In this document: piece after piece, positions 12,218 to 24,985 of the stretch | Position numbering within the stretch: position 1 is the first letter of the stretch | Layout: every line of letters starts with the position of its first letter | DNA from: Bigelowiella natans CCMP2755 | Lineage: Eukaryota; Protista; Cercozoa | Length of the DNA stretch: 64,000 nt | Direction of reading: 5' to 3' | NCBI GenBank assembly: GCA_000320545.1 | Contig: ADNK01000816.1 | Span: 1-64,000 of the forward strand | Position numbers and translations under genes: made by a program | Notes under the pieces: generated by a model | What the model was told of the DNA's origin: nothing | Seen by the model: the letters and a program-made list of their open reading frames with translations, nothing else | Database searches by the model: none

Positions 12218-13495
12218 ATGGATGGAACCAGGAAGACAAAGAGGAGGGGCCGCAGCAGCCGTCGATCAGCTGGCCCCCAGAAACACGATGCGACAGAGAA
12301 CATTCAGAGACGGAAACGAATCATGGCAAAGTTGCTAGCGTCCACGGGTCGATCTCCTTCCAGTGCCCACTCGGCAGGTAAAGGCAGCGCGAGGAGCGGT
12401 ATCTCGAACGAGGGCCTGGCGGTTGGCTTTCTGGTGCTCTATCTTGCAGTGGGCACAGGCTTCTACTGTTGGAGGCTGCGCTGGGACTTTGCATCGTCCT
12501 TCTACTATACGGTCCAGTCAGGACTTTCGATAGGCTTTGGTGTGCTTTCCGAGGAGGACGAACTGAGCCGACTTTTCACCACCTGCAGCGCGCTGATGGG
12601 AGCCCTGATCTCCACCACGATGCTCTCGATCCTATTCGAGTCGGCAGCAGCGCGAATCGTGCTGATGAAGCGTCGAGATCAAGAAAGGTCCGATGAAGAA
12701 GGTGATGAGGAGGCCGCACTGCAGAGCCTAGGCGAGAAGCTGCTCGCCCATACCACGTCGAAGGAAAGCCTGCTCCTGGCTTTTTGGCTGCTTATGGGAG
12801 TTCTGTACGGGTCTGTGATTGAAGGGTGGACGATAATCACCTCACTTTACTTTGCAGTTACAAGCATCAGCACCGGCGGGCTTATGGGACCCACGAACGA
12901 AGCGCCGTACCTTCTGTTCACGGCGGTCTACTGCCTGGTGGGGGTGCCTTTATTTGCAGCCGCTACAACGCAGTTTGCGACTATATGGCTGGATCATCGC
13001 GCCACGCACCGCCTCAAAGAGAAGATGTCTCAGGACAGATTCTTGCTCTCTGAGTTCAAAGAGATTGCAGCGTCACACAGCCCCAGGGCTAGGAGCGCGC
13101 AGGAGAAGGACGGCTCGATTGACCTCGCAGAGTTTCTCTGCACCCAGCTGGAGCACCTGGGACTTGTCAACGTAGAGCATCTACTTAGCATCGTGGAGAA
13201 GTTCCACGAACTCGACGAGAATGGCAACGGCGAAATCACACTTACGGAGGCGCACAAGGGAAATTTACTCTTCGGGGAGCATCAGGCGGATCATCAGGAC
13301 GCCGACCAGCTGGACCCTGAAGGAGACGTCCTCAGCGATGAGGGAGAAGCGAATGGTGCCGACGAGAAAAAACAGCGTCAGAAACGGATGAGATCTCAAA
13401 GTACGCGACCGAAGCGAAGCCGAAGGAGTGCATCAGTAGCTCTTGTAGAAAGCAATCAGCAATTGTCCAACCCGCGTAGGCCTGAGGCGCAGTAA
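12218..13495 (+). CDS. Two-pore-domain K+ channel-like protein (TPK/K2P type) with EF-hand; intronless
   Basis: TM-pore-TM twice: SFYYTVQSGLSIGFG and SLYFAVTSISTGGL. EF-hand FHELDENGNGEITLTE. Confidence 0.88.
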   Translation: MDGTRKTKRRGRSSRRSAGPQKHDATENIQRRKRIMAKLLASTGRSPSSAHSAGKGSARSGISNEGLAVGFLVLYLAVGTGFYCWRLRWDFASSFYYTVQSGLSIGFGVLSEEDELSRLFTTCSALMGALISTTMLSILFESAAARIVLMKRRDQERSDEEGDEEAALQSLGEKLLAHTTSKESLLLAFWLLMGVLYGSVIEGWTIITSLYFAVTSISTGGLMGPTNEAPYLLFTAVYCLVGVPLFAAATTQFATIWLDHRATHRLKEKMSQDRFLLSEFKEIAASHSPRARSAQEKDGSIDLAEFLCTQLEHLGLVNVEHLLSIVEKFHELDENGNGEITLTEAHKGNLLFGEHQADHQDADQLDPEGDVLSDEGEANGADEKKQRQKRMRSQSTRPKRSRRSASVALVESNQQLSNPRRPEAQ

Positions 13496-14184
13496 GCGAA
13501 TCAGGCATGCAAAAGGTGACTAGTGTTAAACAGTGAATTTGTATCTTGCGATAACTAGAAAATAACCCGTCAGGTAACATGCATCGCGTAATCCAATGTA
13601 CGTAGATGTAATTAAGAGCATGGCATGTGCGCTTTGCCAATGAGCATTATATAGCGTTTACAGGTGGCGAACACTAGTTCGTTATATGGTTAGGCGTGAT
13701 GCATTTTATGTCTCATGCTGCATTTCCCAAAGCGCCACATCATAATGCCGCGCCTCGCTAGATCACTTGCTGCGATGGCCCACACATATAACCTTTATTT
13801 TCAAGTGCGTTCTAGTGCACTTTGTACGCGAGGTGCATTACAACTTATTTCTCGCTCGATGCTGATAGTAGTGTCTGTACATGAATAGTCCATATGTAAC
13901 TATTCCCTTTTTGTGTGATAAACCCGTCTAGTCGTAGATTTGCTTATAGTTGACGGTTCATTGCTCTTTTAAGTATCGCGCATAAACATTTTAACGTGCA
14001 GTAAATTACACAATGGTGCATCCACTCTCTCGAGCATGTGCAGCCTTTGCCCGCCTATCCGCTCTTTTGATTCTGGTCCTACGTATGATGGGACAAGCGA
14101 GTAAGCATTTCTCTCGATACATTTTAAGTCGTTTTGGCTCATTACCGTTGATCGTCAATTTTTCTATTTAACGCTTTCGTTACT

Positions 14185-15400
14185 TCAGGGGTTTTGTTTA
14201 ATTCTTCCTTTTGATCCTGAAAACGCACAGGGAATCCATAAGTCACACTTAATGACAGATGCAAAATAAAAATAACATACCTTTGTCACTTCTAACAGCA
14301 CTTCTAGATTTTTACCAAGGTTGTCCAGTTTATTGTTAAAGTTATTTTCATATTCTTGTCCTTCTGTGGTCTTCCCTTCACTCTTAATTTCGCTCGTTTT
14401 CTTCTTTAACGGTTGCGTCTCGTTCCGACGGTGCCTAACTTTTGCAGATGCCCTGATTTTCCCCTCGTTTCTATTGTGTCTTCTTTGCACGCTAAATGCG
14501 AAGTATATCAGTATTAATAATGTCATGATGCATTTTGTTCAATCAACACCTACCTTGGAGGTGCATGATCAGGGCATGCCAGGAAGCATATCCAGCATGG
14601 GCCTTGTAGTTTCTCTATTCTTCCCAATTGCTGTTCTGCGCTGTCTATATTCTCTGCATGTAAATCATATCACCCATAAATTAAACCGAATGCATCTACC
14701 TTCGACTTACAAACCTCACCTTCGTTATCATCCAGATCCCTCTCTGCCTTCCGCAGGTCCTCATTTTGACGGGCAAGCTTGTGAGTCGTAGATACGCCAA
14801 TGTGAGTAGCTTCCAAAATTCCAGCGTTCGCTTCGTCAAGTCCGTCAAGATTTTCCTTCCGTAGATCACGAATTTGGTCATCGATAGTCTTTTCGGCTTC
14901 TTCCTTTCCTGAGAAGTTGGTTTGGGGTTCATTACGCTTGCCAAAAGCAGGGAGGTTGAAGATAGATACCTTCAGCGAGTGGAGAGCGGCGTACGTTTCG
15001 AAACCTATGTAATTCTGGCTTAGAATATAAGAAAAATCTCATTCAGTCACCCCCTTCCCCGCCCCATTCCACCACCTTGACATAGGGATGAGTTGTGGAA
15101 AATGAGCGTCCGGTGCTCTCTTGAGAAGAATTTTCCGAGTTTTTCTCCCGACCTAAAATGCAGGCGATTTCATCAAAGACGACTCGTATGTTCTCAACAG
15201 CAAACTTATAAAATGAAAGACAACGGCCTTCTTGTCATTGTGGAGCATTCCCAGAAATGTCTCCCGGCGAGGAACTAAGCAAACACATGCGATGCATTGG
15301 TTGCGACAGAGATTTTGGTGTTGTCGCGATGTTGGATGGGAACGGTCTCTCTTCGACGATGCGCATTCCCGAAGAAGAGCATCGGCTTCTCTGTGTGTGC
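14185..15400 (-). CDS. Hypothetical multi-exon protein (boundaries approximate)
   Basis: Hydrophilic exon-like segments between AG and GT sites (e.g. EEAEKTIDDQIRDLRKENLDGLDEAN; NNKLDNLGKNLEVLLEVTK). No recognisable family. Confidence 0.35.
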
Positions 15401-16416
15401 TCCAAATTCTTAGTAGGAGAAAAAGTAGAGAGAAAGAGGGGGGGAGCGGGGTGAGAGTGAAAAGAGATACTAAGTAAATGTGCATGAAGTAGTGGAGGAT
15501 TCATCTGTGCTGTGCTGTTCTGTTCCTGCTGAGGAAGCCTGGTCTCGTCCTGGACGACGTATTTGAGGCCTCAGGCTTTCCCACGAGAAGGATTTGGCGG
15601 TGTTACAGAAATCAGCCCTTCCGGGGCTTTGTATTGCGATTGTTGAAAAGCTTACCAGCTCACTACGACCGTGTTAATGCTGATGTTTTCCCCCTCTTCC
15701 TCAAGGGTTGTAGCTAGATAGTTCGCTAGTTCGGACGGGCCCTGAAACTACTTCATCGTGTGATACAGGTTGCAGAATGCATTGCAATCTGAATTTCTGC
15801 TATGAGATGATCTTTAAGTAATATTTATAGCATTTGCAAATGCAAGACACATTTTCCCATCAAAATCCACATGATCCTTGCATTTCTACGCTCAATCATG
15901 TTGGCTTCGCCCGCACGTACATGAATGGTAGCTAATGTAGCTGATGGCATGTACAACATTGGAGCAAATCGAACAGTGTACAGCGAATGCTACACGGTAA
16001 TAATAAGAATTACAATGCAGTCGATGTTGATCGTATCGCGAACGTTCTATCTAGCTATGGACACAGATATGATTGTACATTGTGTCTATTTTTGTTTAAC
16101 TCAGGCACATAATTACAAATATGTTTACATCGAGGAAGCACAATTTTGTTTTACATCACCAGCGATCTATTTTCTTGATAGATAAGTGCATAGCACACCT
16201 ATTGTGATCAAGTCTCGATAGGTAAGAAGGCGGTGTTTCAAGAAAGCGGCATGATAAAACATTCTATCTACCCCCGCGTGAACAATTTGCTTGATTTCTG
16301 CTTTTAATAGTTCTTCAGTTTCTCGAAAATGAACAATCAGAGGAGTACATCTCTGGGAGCATTTTGACTGAGAACACTGTAATCCGCGACGGGAATGTCT
16401 GAATCACACGCTCAAC

Positions 16417-18241
16417 TCAAAGCTGGTAAAATGCTGTCCTGGTACGATTTGCGTTGCATCCAACGAACAATGGCTTTCTTTTGCAAGACTTGCTTGGAAT
16501 GAACACATCAGGCTCGGGGGTTACAGACTTGAAATCGAACACGGCGAAATACTTTCCACCGATGTTCCAAGCGATAGGCCTGCACAGAGGGAGTCCTTCA
16601 TGATTAAATAGTTGCGATCCCGCGTCGTTGAGGATAGGCGAAGTCACGAATCTAGCCCCGTTTCCACCACCCCACCAAGTATCAACGACGGTTTCTGTGT
16701 CGCCTACAAAAGTACGATTGTGACTGGTGTGGCCTGCTCCAGGCCCGTACGTCCAGGAGTAGTACTGATCGGGGCCATACAAAGAGCATTTATCCTCGTC
16801 GGCAAGGTACACGTACTCAATGGATTTGTTGTAGTCGTTGATGAGAGACATACGCCTCTCGACCGCAGATCCGAAGAAGCGACCGGAACGGTCCCAGCGG
16901 GTCATTCCCGAAGCACCGTCCCAGTATACTGTGTGGACAGCGACTCCGTGTTCATTTGTCTCGTGGGCGCTGAAGGTGAACTGGGATCCCGATTGTCACC
17001 GATAACATGTATCATGTGGAAAGAGAGAAAGCAGACCACAAAAGAGAATCACCTCATCAAATATTTTTTGGTTTTCACAGTAGGGATGATTCCCAATTCA
17101 CACTATAGTAGCATTTCGTGAGTACATATTTTCACTCGCAGGTCAGGGGTATATTCATCTGGCAAATGATATGTTCGTCGAGGATATTGTCAAACGACGC
17201 GCTCTTCACATTAAGTCCGAACCACAGTGCGTGTATGTACCTGCTCTGGTAGTGAGCAAGCGGCTTCCTTTCTATTCTGAAGATATGTAGGATTTAGTAG
17301 ACCGATGAGCCCAGATTCTTTCACGCAGCAATAGTAAGGATACTGCCCGTGGTTTCCGCAATTTCCAGTCTTCTTTGCAGAAGTTCCAGCGGGACAAGTA
17401 GTCGGCTCTTCGATGCACCGGCAACCACGACCGTCCTCTCGAGCAACATTATTTCCTCTAATTTTCATGCTAGGGTCAGCCAAAATCTAATAAGAGAGGG
17501 GGGGGGAGTGGGGGGGAGTGGGGGGGGGGGGGGGGGGTTAATGTATTAAATTTTTTGCATACTGTTTTAGCGAGCGTTACGAATGAGTTTTGTGTTGCTC
17601 CTACCTCCACATCTGCACAATTGTAGAACACGGCATCCGTGTTATTCTTTGGGTCTATCTCATCTGGGTTGTTGCTCACGTAGCGCAATCGAATAACTCC
17701 ATGCGAAGTTGACTTTGGTGGCAGTTTTACGGTTAATGTGAAATTGGATTGAAACACCTGAGGGGGGCGAAAGTTGTGAGGAAATCTTTCAGAGCAAAGA
17801 TTCGTGGAGGTAGCATACCTGGTCATGCGCAGCGTAGTCGGACATTCTTGCAAGCGTTTCGAAATCATCATTCGATGGGTCTCTTGTGTAAGCGATAGAA
17901 ATGTCAAAATATCCTGGCCTTGTGTTCATCCAATGATTCAACTGTTGAAGAGGAGTGGAGAGGTACCAGATGTTTAGGAATAATAAAGGATCATCACCAA
18001 CACAAACTGTCATAATAATGGTTACGTTCTGCTGGAAGAGAACATCAATCTCCTGCCCCGCAACATATTTGGCCGATGGGGCACCCGGAGCAACTCCGCC
18101 ACAATAGCCCGTTCTTCGGTAGCACGATGGATCGCCAGGCATCAAAGGGTCATTCAAGACCCCACGTTGACGTGGAGAAAACATGCATATGTGCGCCGAT
18201 GCGATCAGGGATGTAAGCGGTATGAGATAGCGGAGCGTCAT
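16417..18241 (-). CDS. Secreted protein: N-terminal His (His-brace/LPMO-like) domain, Cys-rich linker and ependymin-like C-terminal domain; about 5 exons
   Basis: Signal peptide ending ASA|HICM, then CGG, QQN|LNH and FYNCADV. C-terminal region W.R...DY...Y..C...CRPI...F.DF...P.PDVF.P..C. Confidence 0.75.
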
Positions 18242-19719
18242 GGTCCGTCGTTTGAGGCAGATGATACTGCGACCCTCCCAAATAGACGGGCTGACAGCAC
18301 AGTCGGCGAAGAATTGGGATGAATTGGAAGGGATTTATGTTCTACGACAATTTTCATTCGTTGTCGTTGTATTAAAAACAAATGCTTCGGAAACGCGCTA
18401 TTCGCAGTGGCACCGGAAACCTCCGTCAGGGACGGGGATTACAGAGAGTACGAAAAATATTCCAAATTGAATGATATTTTAGGCTTGCGACAAGGTGTTT
18501 CGGCACGGTTGTCTAGTTGTTGTCTTCTTGTGAGAAGAAAGCGAAATCGTCCTCCTTTCTCTTCCGATGAGTCAAGTTCCGAAAGGAGGCTCGGAGCGTA
18601 GAAGGGGGAGTGTAGAAGACGTGACATCGCTGGATTCGAAGAAACCTACGAGTATGCAAAAATGAGAAACTATGTCTTTAAAATAAACGCTACTTCCTAG
18701 ACTACTTGCCGACCAAAAATAGTGTCTCATTCAATGCTTACACCTTTGCTGAATCGTATCATCATGTATAGAGACACAAGTTATTATATAATAGCATATC
18801 TCTATCCATGTTACATGGTGACTATAGTCATCATCATTCTAGTTTCTGTCTATACGCATGCTGGTTTATTTGGTTTGCTCACGCTGAATTACATGCTGCA
18901 GTCCGCAACAACAATGTCGTTTTTCTGTTTCATATTTGCACTTGTTCTTAAACGTACCATACAATAGTTCATATTTTACATTCGTTGCCAGAATTGTATA
19001 ATTGTTATTTTTGCGAGCTTTGCAATTATTTTCGTGCATCATGAACTGCGATGAAAGCAGATGCTACTAAACTAGAATGTGGGGCCATGCTAGCATGTGC
19101 GGCGGGTGCACGATGTCATCCATCTGCAGTTACGCGCATAGCTATGTTATAGCTAGCTGCGCTATGCATTAATGTTGATTGCATGAGACAAGATGTTTTA
19201 GCGATCTTTTAATAAGATCAACTACAGATTTTATTGCGGTAAAAACGATAGCTCATGGTACAAACATATACACATCATACACAGAGCTGTTGCTATCAAC
19301 ATTATGGTAGATGCAAGCCTTCGGACGTCGAAGAAATTAAATCTAAAAAATGTTTTCTGTGAAAACGTAATGTATACTAGTACACAGTTGCCTCGTGATT
19401 TTCGTGTAGATTTGAATACAGTATGAACCAATGTGGATACGTGTCAGGAGCGAAATAGACCAAAGTACTAGGAAGAGAATCATCAAGGGTAGCGTCCGAA
19501 GGAACAGAAGAATGATAGACAGGATGACACCAAGAAAAAAGTACGAAACAGGGGAGAGCGGCAAGGAGTGTCGTTTTTGTAGTTCCAAGTTCCACGTCTC
19601 TTCCTCAGATTAATCGGGAGGTGTACACACACGTTCATACACTCCATCCACTCCATCCACAACTAGAAGGAACGAGACCAAGCACGCAGCAACTACAACT
19701 CATCAGCAGCTCAAGACGA

Positions 19720-20054
19720 CTAGGTGGAGCCTGTCGCCGCAATTCCACATAGCTGCTTCACGATATCGTACAGCGTCAGCTGAGCCGTCACGATAGCTCT
19801 GCGGTGTTGGAAAACAAAGGAGGAGAAGGAGGAGGAGGAGGATACGACAACGACAACAACAACAAAAGGAAGAGGATGGGGGAAAATATAGTGAGGAAGA
19901 GTTTATGCGAGCGCGTGCATGAGCGCCCATGAAAGAGAGAACAAAAATGAGCATCGATTTAGTAGTCCTCATTGCATCAAATACGCACAAAGAGGGACAC
20001 CGTTTCCCCTCCATTAAACCACCAACATCACGTCTAGAATGACACGTTAGACCT

Positions 20055-20093
<39 letters not shown>

Positions 20094-20924
20094 CACACAC
20101 ACACAAAAAGCAAGTTGGCAATCATACCCGGTGTGCAGAATTCGAGCCTTCGTGCCGCGGAAGAGCCCTTTCCAACCTACACGAAAAACAACGTTTATCT
20201 CCTTTACACGTATGGTGCATTGAATATGTTTCTACTATATTATAAGAAGTGTCTATTCGACAAGAATGTATGCGTGCATGTGCATGTGCGGTGTTTGTGC
20301 AGCGCTCATATGTGCCTAGTGATCGATCATTGGTTTTCGTCGGAACCCACCATCCTTGGAGAGAATGTCGCGAGCAGCCTCTGCAGTGGTAGGCTTGCTG
20401 CCGTCCTCCTTATACTTGTTCACAGAGGAGAGCAGCATATCGCCCGGCTGCGAAGCGAGGGTAGAGAAGAACGCCGCGGTCAACGCCGCTGATAGCGTGA
20501 TGGCCCATTTGATGTTGGGAGTCACGCCCATTCCCATTGCCGCCACAGACGCGTACGCATACGCTGTGAGGAAGTCGAAAGACACCTGATGATGGTTGGT
20601 GGTTTTGATGGTGGTGGTGATGATGCTGATGCGTTAAGTTGGAAATACAACAACAACGACAACCACTACAACAACAGCGGCAACTAATACGCTCACTGCT
20701 AGCAGTTAGCTCATCGTCAGCGACGGGTGCATGGAATGCTATAATGACCTGCTTCACCATGGTGTATGGCACTTGCTTTGCCATTTGGGCTGGGAGTCCA
20801 GCAAACAGCACACTGAAGACTCCACGCTCCGTCACCATCTGCGGCAGAGACGTCAATTGTATGCTTATAATGCGAGCTCTCAAGAGGCGTCAAAAAAAAA
20901 AAAAGGCGTTGCTCTAACGCTTCA

Positions 20925-20976
<52 letters not shown>

Positions 20977-21530
20977 TCTCTCTCGCCTTTTCGCTGTTGC
21001 ACCTTGGGAATAGCGTCAAAGAGGCCCTTGGCATATTTCGGGTTGGACACCAGGCGTATCCTCGCTGCCTCGAGAGGGCAGAGAGCAAGAGCAGCCACAG
21101 TTCCAGCGAGCGATCCGGCAATCAGGAAGTCCAGCAACCTGATGTTAATGATGGAGATAATCATCACCATCATCATGATCGTGACGGTGGAGAGTGGAGT
21201 AGCACACGTGGGTTGAGAGAGATCGGGCCATTCAAACATTACTCTCTGGACTGCTCTCATCAGTTCGTTCACCATTTACGACAGAACTAAATACGGCATT
21301 TCTTATTCCTCACTTGCTGGTGCCTCCCGTCATCTGGAAAATAAAGGGCTTCGCGAGCTCGTAGAATCCAAACTTCATCGCGCCCTCGAAAAGATACCTG
21401 GTGGTGTGATGATGAGAAGATGATGAAGATGGTGATGAGAAGATGATGAAGATGATAATGATGATGATGACGGTGATGATGATATGATGGTAGTAAGCGT
21501 GACGATCGGTGAGGTAGACCAACATCTACG

Positions 21531-21568
<38 letters not shown>

Positions 21569-22842
21569 TGCGATCCCACCAGGAAAAGAACATACAAAAC
21601 AATTTGGCTTCAGAATTTTTGCCGTAAATCGGATGTAATACCCAAGAGCGGTTGGCCCCAATCCCTTTAGCAACATAAACGGTCCTTCCTCTCTGTTCCA
21701 CCGCACACAAGATAGCAACAACGACAGAAAAGAAAGTAAAAATCAGGAAGAATCTCAGGAAATACTGCAACTAATACTTGCCCCGTCCTCAAAGAAACTC
21801 AGCTGACCTTACAATCTTAGCGAAAACCTGAGGAACGCTCAACCCTCTGTACTGTTCAGGGTCCGTCTGCTGTCTCGTCTTCACAACTAGAAAGAAGAGA
21901 TACCAAGGAACAGAGGCAAAAGAAGAGGAGAGTTCCGCCACATCGTTAAATCAAATACGTATCGAGTCCCAAACTTCATTCTGGTGTTAGGCAAGCTCCC
22001 CCACCTGCTCAAGCATGTACACGATACTACTATCGATCCTTACGTAGAATATCTGCATTATTACCGTCCACTGGTGTAGCCAAGCTGTGAGATAGGCACG
22101 CGCACACGCCACCGGCAAAGAAGTACCGCCAGTAGTCAGACATCGTCATGGCTGCTCCAGACGCCACCGCCGCAAAGGCTGGCGGAGCACTGAAAAGGAG
22201 CACACTGAGCATCGCCAAGGATGACAAAGTCTTGATCGACATAGCCCGCTTATTGTTCTTCCAGAAAGGAGTGGGGCTGGAAGACAGGCCCTCCTGATTG
22301 AATGGTGTTGCAGAATCAGCCTACGTCACCCCTTGCAATGAAGTAGGATTGACATCTCTCGTTATCATCACGCGATTCAAGTGGCTTACCTCCGTGGCTC
22401 TTGATGTCGCTCCAGTGGAGACACCAGAGGAGGTCATCACTTTCTTCCTGAGGAATGATGGCTTTTCGGTCTTGATACCAAAGCGCTGGCGACGTTGCAC
22501 GAGCGGCTGCGGGTTCGTGACGGCTTCCGTTTGGAGGGTACTGCGAGGCAATGACAATGATGCACTTCCTCGGCCCCCTGCCAGCCTCAGAGATGAGGGT
22601 GAAGATGAAAACGGCGTTGATGAAAATCGAGACTTAGCATTCGCAACATTTCGAACGGGGTGTCCGAGGGACAGGGACAGTGTAAGAGCGCACGCAGCGG
22701 TGGCCAGCGACCTTGTTGAAACAATGGCAGTGAGTGGCAGCAGCGAAGAAATACAGCCGTATGAGTTGGCACGGGATGAGGGTGGATGGTATGGCACGTA
22801 AAACACAAACACATGTATATGAAATCTGCCAATTGTCAGCAT
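19720..22842 (-). CDS. Mitochondrial-carrier-family phosphate carrier (PiC/Mir1-like) with long N-terminal leader; about 9-10 exons, start uncertain
   Basis: Three carrier repeats: AGGVCACLSHSLATPVD|VVKTRQQ, LCPLEAARIRLVS and SQPGDMLLS. PiC-typical EGAMKFGFYE and KQVPYTMVK. Ends YDIVKQLCGIAATGST* (stop 19720-19722). Confidence 0.9.
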
Positions 22843-23598
22843 GCAATCGTGTGTTTATGCACGAATGTGAACAGGATTGTGGCAACCTATCCTAGGGCAG
22901 GGAAAACATTGTGCAAGCTGCAAATTCGAAACGGATACAATTGATCGCTTGAGTTAACAAAAACCACTGTAATCCCAACCGTTACGCATGCACATTCTGA
23001 ACATCCATGACTCTCTGCTCGCCCCCCTCCCCCATTCTATTTAAGAATCATAAAGATGATCAGCAGACCTCTGCATTAGAGTTAGTAAGTATTTTCTTGA
23101 TTATCCAAAATCTAGGGGTCTTTGTGAAGCTCTGCTCAGAGGACTTGCTTAGTGGGGGGCGGTGGGTAGGTGTATGTGGATTTGGAGATCTGGAAGCAGG
23201 GCTGGTAGGGTTTGTTTCGGTTTGATTACAGGTGAATTCCTCTACGACACATGATTATTTCTCAGTCGCACCTCCTAAAATAGATCGCATTTCACGCAGA
23301 GCGAGTTTTCGCTCCAGGCTGTGCGACAGAGTTCTCACCGCATGCACACGATTCAGAGGAGGTGGAAATCCAAAATGGGTCAGAAATAGGCGCCGGTTAC
23401 ATCCTTGAAGACACGGCAACAACTGACAACAAGAAATATCGAGATGTGTTGGCTGGTGGTCAAGGCGAGGGCACAGAGTCCCGGGCCAATTAGATTGGAG
23501 AGACAATGAAATCTCCATGGCGCTCACATCGCATTGGAAGATGTTTCACAAAATATAAGATTCCTTAAAAGGCCCTACCAGCACCAGCACCGTGCGAC

Positions 23599-24985
23599 TT
23601 GAGAAACGCCTGGAGATGTGTGCATGTACCCCTCTTTTTTTACGATCCCCTCTTTGCTAACACCGGTCACTACCCGCCGTCGGTTCAAACTTCACGGGGT
23701 CGGCTGCAATTCCTGTGTGAAACAGGCGATCATTTCGAGCAGATTCTTCCCGAAGGCCTTGCAGTTCATGAATGCAGGGTGGTCCACGAACCACAACTTG
23801 CGACATGACAATGTGTTTGTCTCCGAATGAAAACGCTATCTCTTCTCCCCCAACACAAACCCAGCTCTCCAAGAAAATCCCTGGTCATGTAGACGTTGTG
23901 GACTCGACCGAAGGCCGTTGTTTCGCAGGAGTGAGTGGGACGGGTGCACAGTGGTCACAAATCGCCTGGATTTGATACCTGTCCGTTCGCATGCCACTTC
24001 TTTTCTCTCGGTTTCTGCATACTGTACTGCTAGCAATCGGCACTTGGCCAAACCCCCACCTCCGGCGCTTTGCTTTTCTAAGAGCCGCAACACGCTCCTG
24101 TGAAGCCTCATGGAAGCCTCAAGCCTCGATAGGTGTAAGATACGGAATCGAAGATGCGTGGTCATTACACTCAAGGACCTGGGTGGAACTCCTATCATGA
24201 ATCAAGTGGGAATCCCATCTATTAAGGCCACCGTGGAGCTGAACGCAGCGAAAGACTACGAGAATACAGTCTGTGCAGGTCCCCCTTCTTTTCACTCTTT
24301 CGAATCATCTTGCTTTTGCTTGATTAATTTTTAAATTTAAGGGAGAATTAGGACACATAACACAAGAACAACTTCGGACGCTCTTGTTTGCTTCAAGAGT
24401 AAGGGAGATTGCGAGATCATGATTGCAGACGAAAGCGGAAGTTTCCATTTTCACGATAGGAAGAACTCCGGAATGAGATTTCAAGTTGAAAAACTTGGAT
24501 ACGGGGTAGACGGAGATTCAAATCCAGCTTTAAAAAACGATCCGAAGAAAGTCGAATTTGAGATTCGGAAGGTTTTACGTCCTTTCGAAGCAAGCTCAGA
24601 ACCTGGGTGCATTCGCAAGCTTATAGAAAGAGATATTGCAACTATTTCCCTTCAAGAAAGCCCAAAATGCGACATTGATCGAGTTGGATCACGTGGGCCA
24701 CTTGGGGACCGCGTCTGTAGGGCAAGAACTAAAAGTGGTCGCAGACGAAGATCTAAGTGCTCGATATTAGGCGGGCTGACAGGATCCTCGACGAATCTCT
24801 CTCGTTTAGGTCTGAATCTTCCTGAAAGTGTGAAACCCAATGAAAAAGGTCATTGGTGGGACGAACCATCTACAAATAAAGATCCGATATTCGAAAGAAG
24901 AATCCTCGGAAAATCAGGTAAGGACATTGTTCTAATCGTTACAGCTCTGTCTAATACAGTGAGGTTTCCTAGGGTCGCTCGTTAG
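23599..24985 (+). CDS. Hypothetical multi-exon protein (boundaries approximate)
   Basis: 188-aa ORF at 24419-24985 with ordinary protein composition, plus upstream exon-like segments. No family recognised. Confidence 0.4.
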
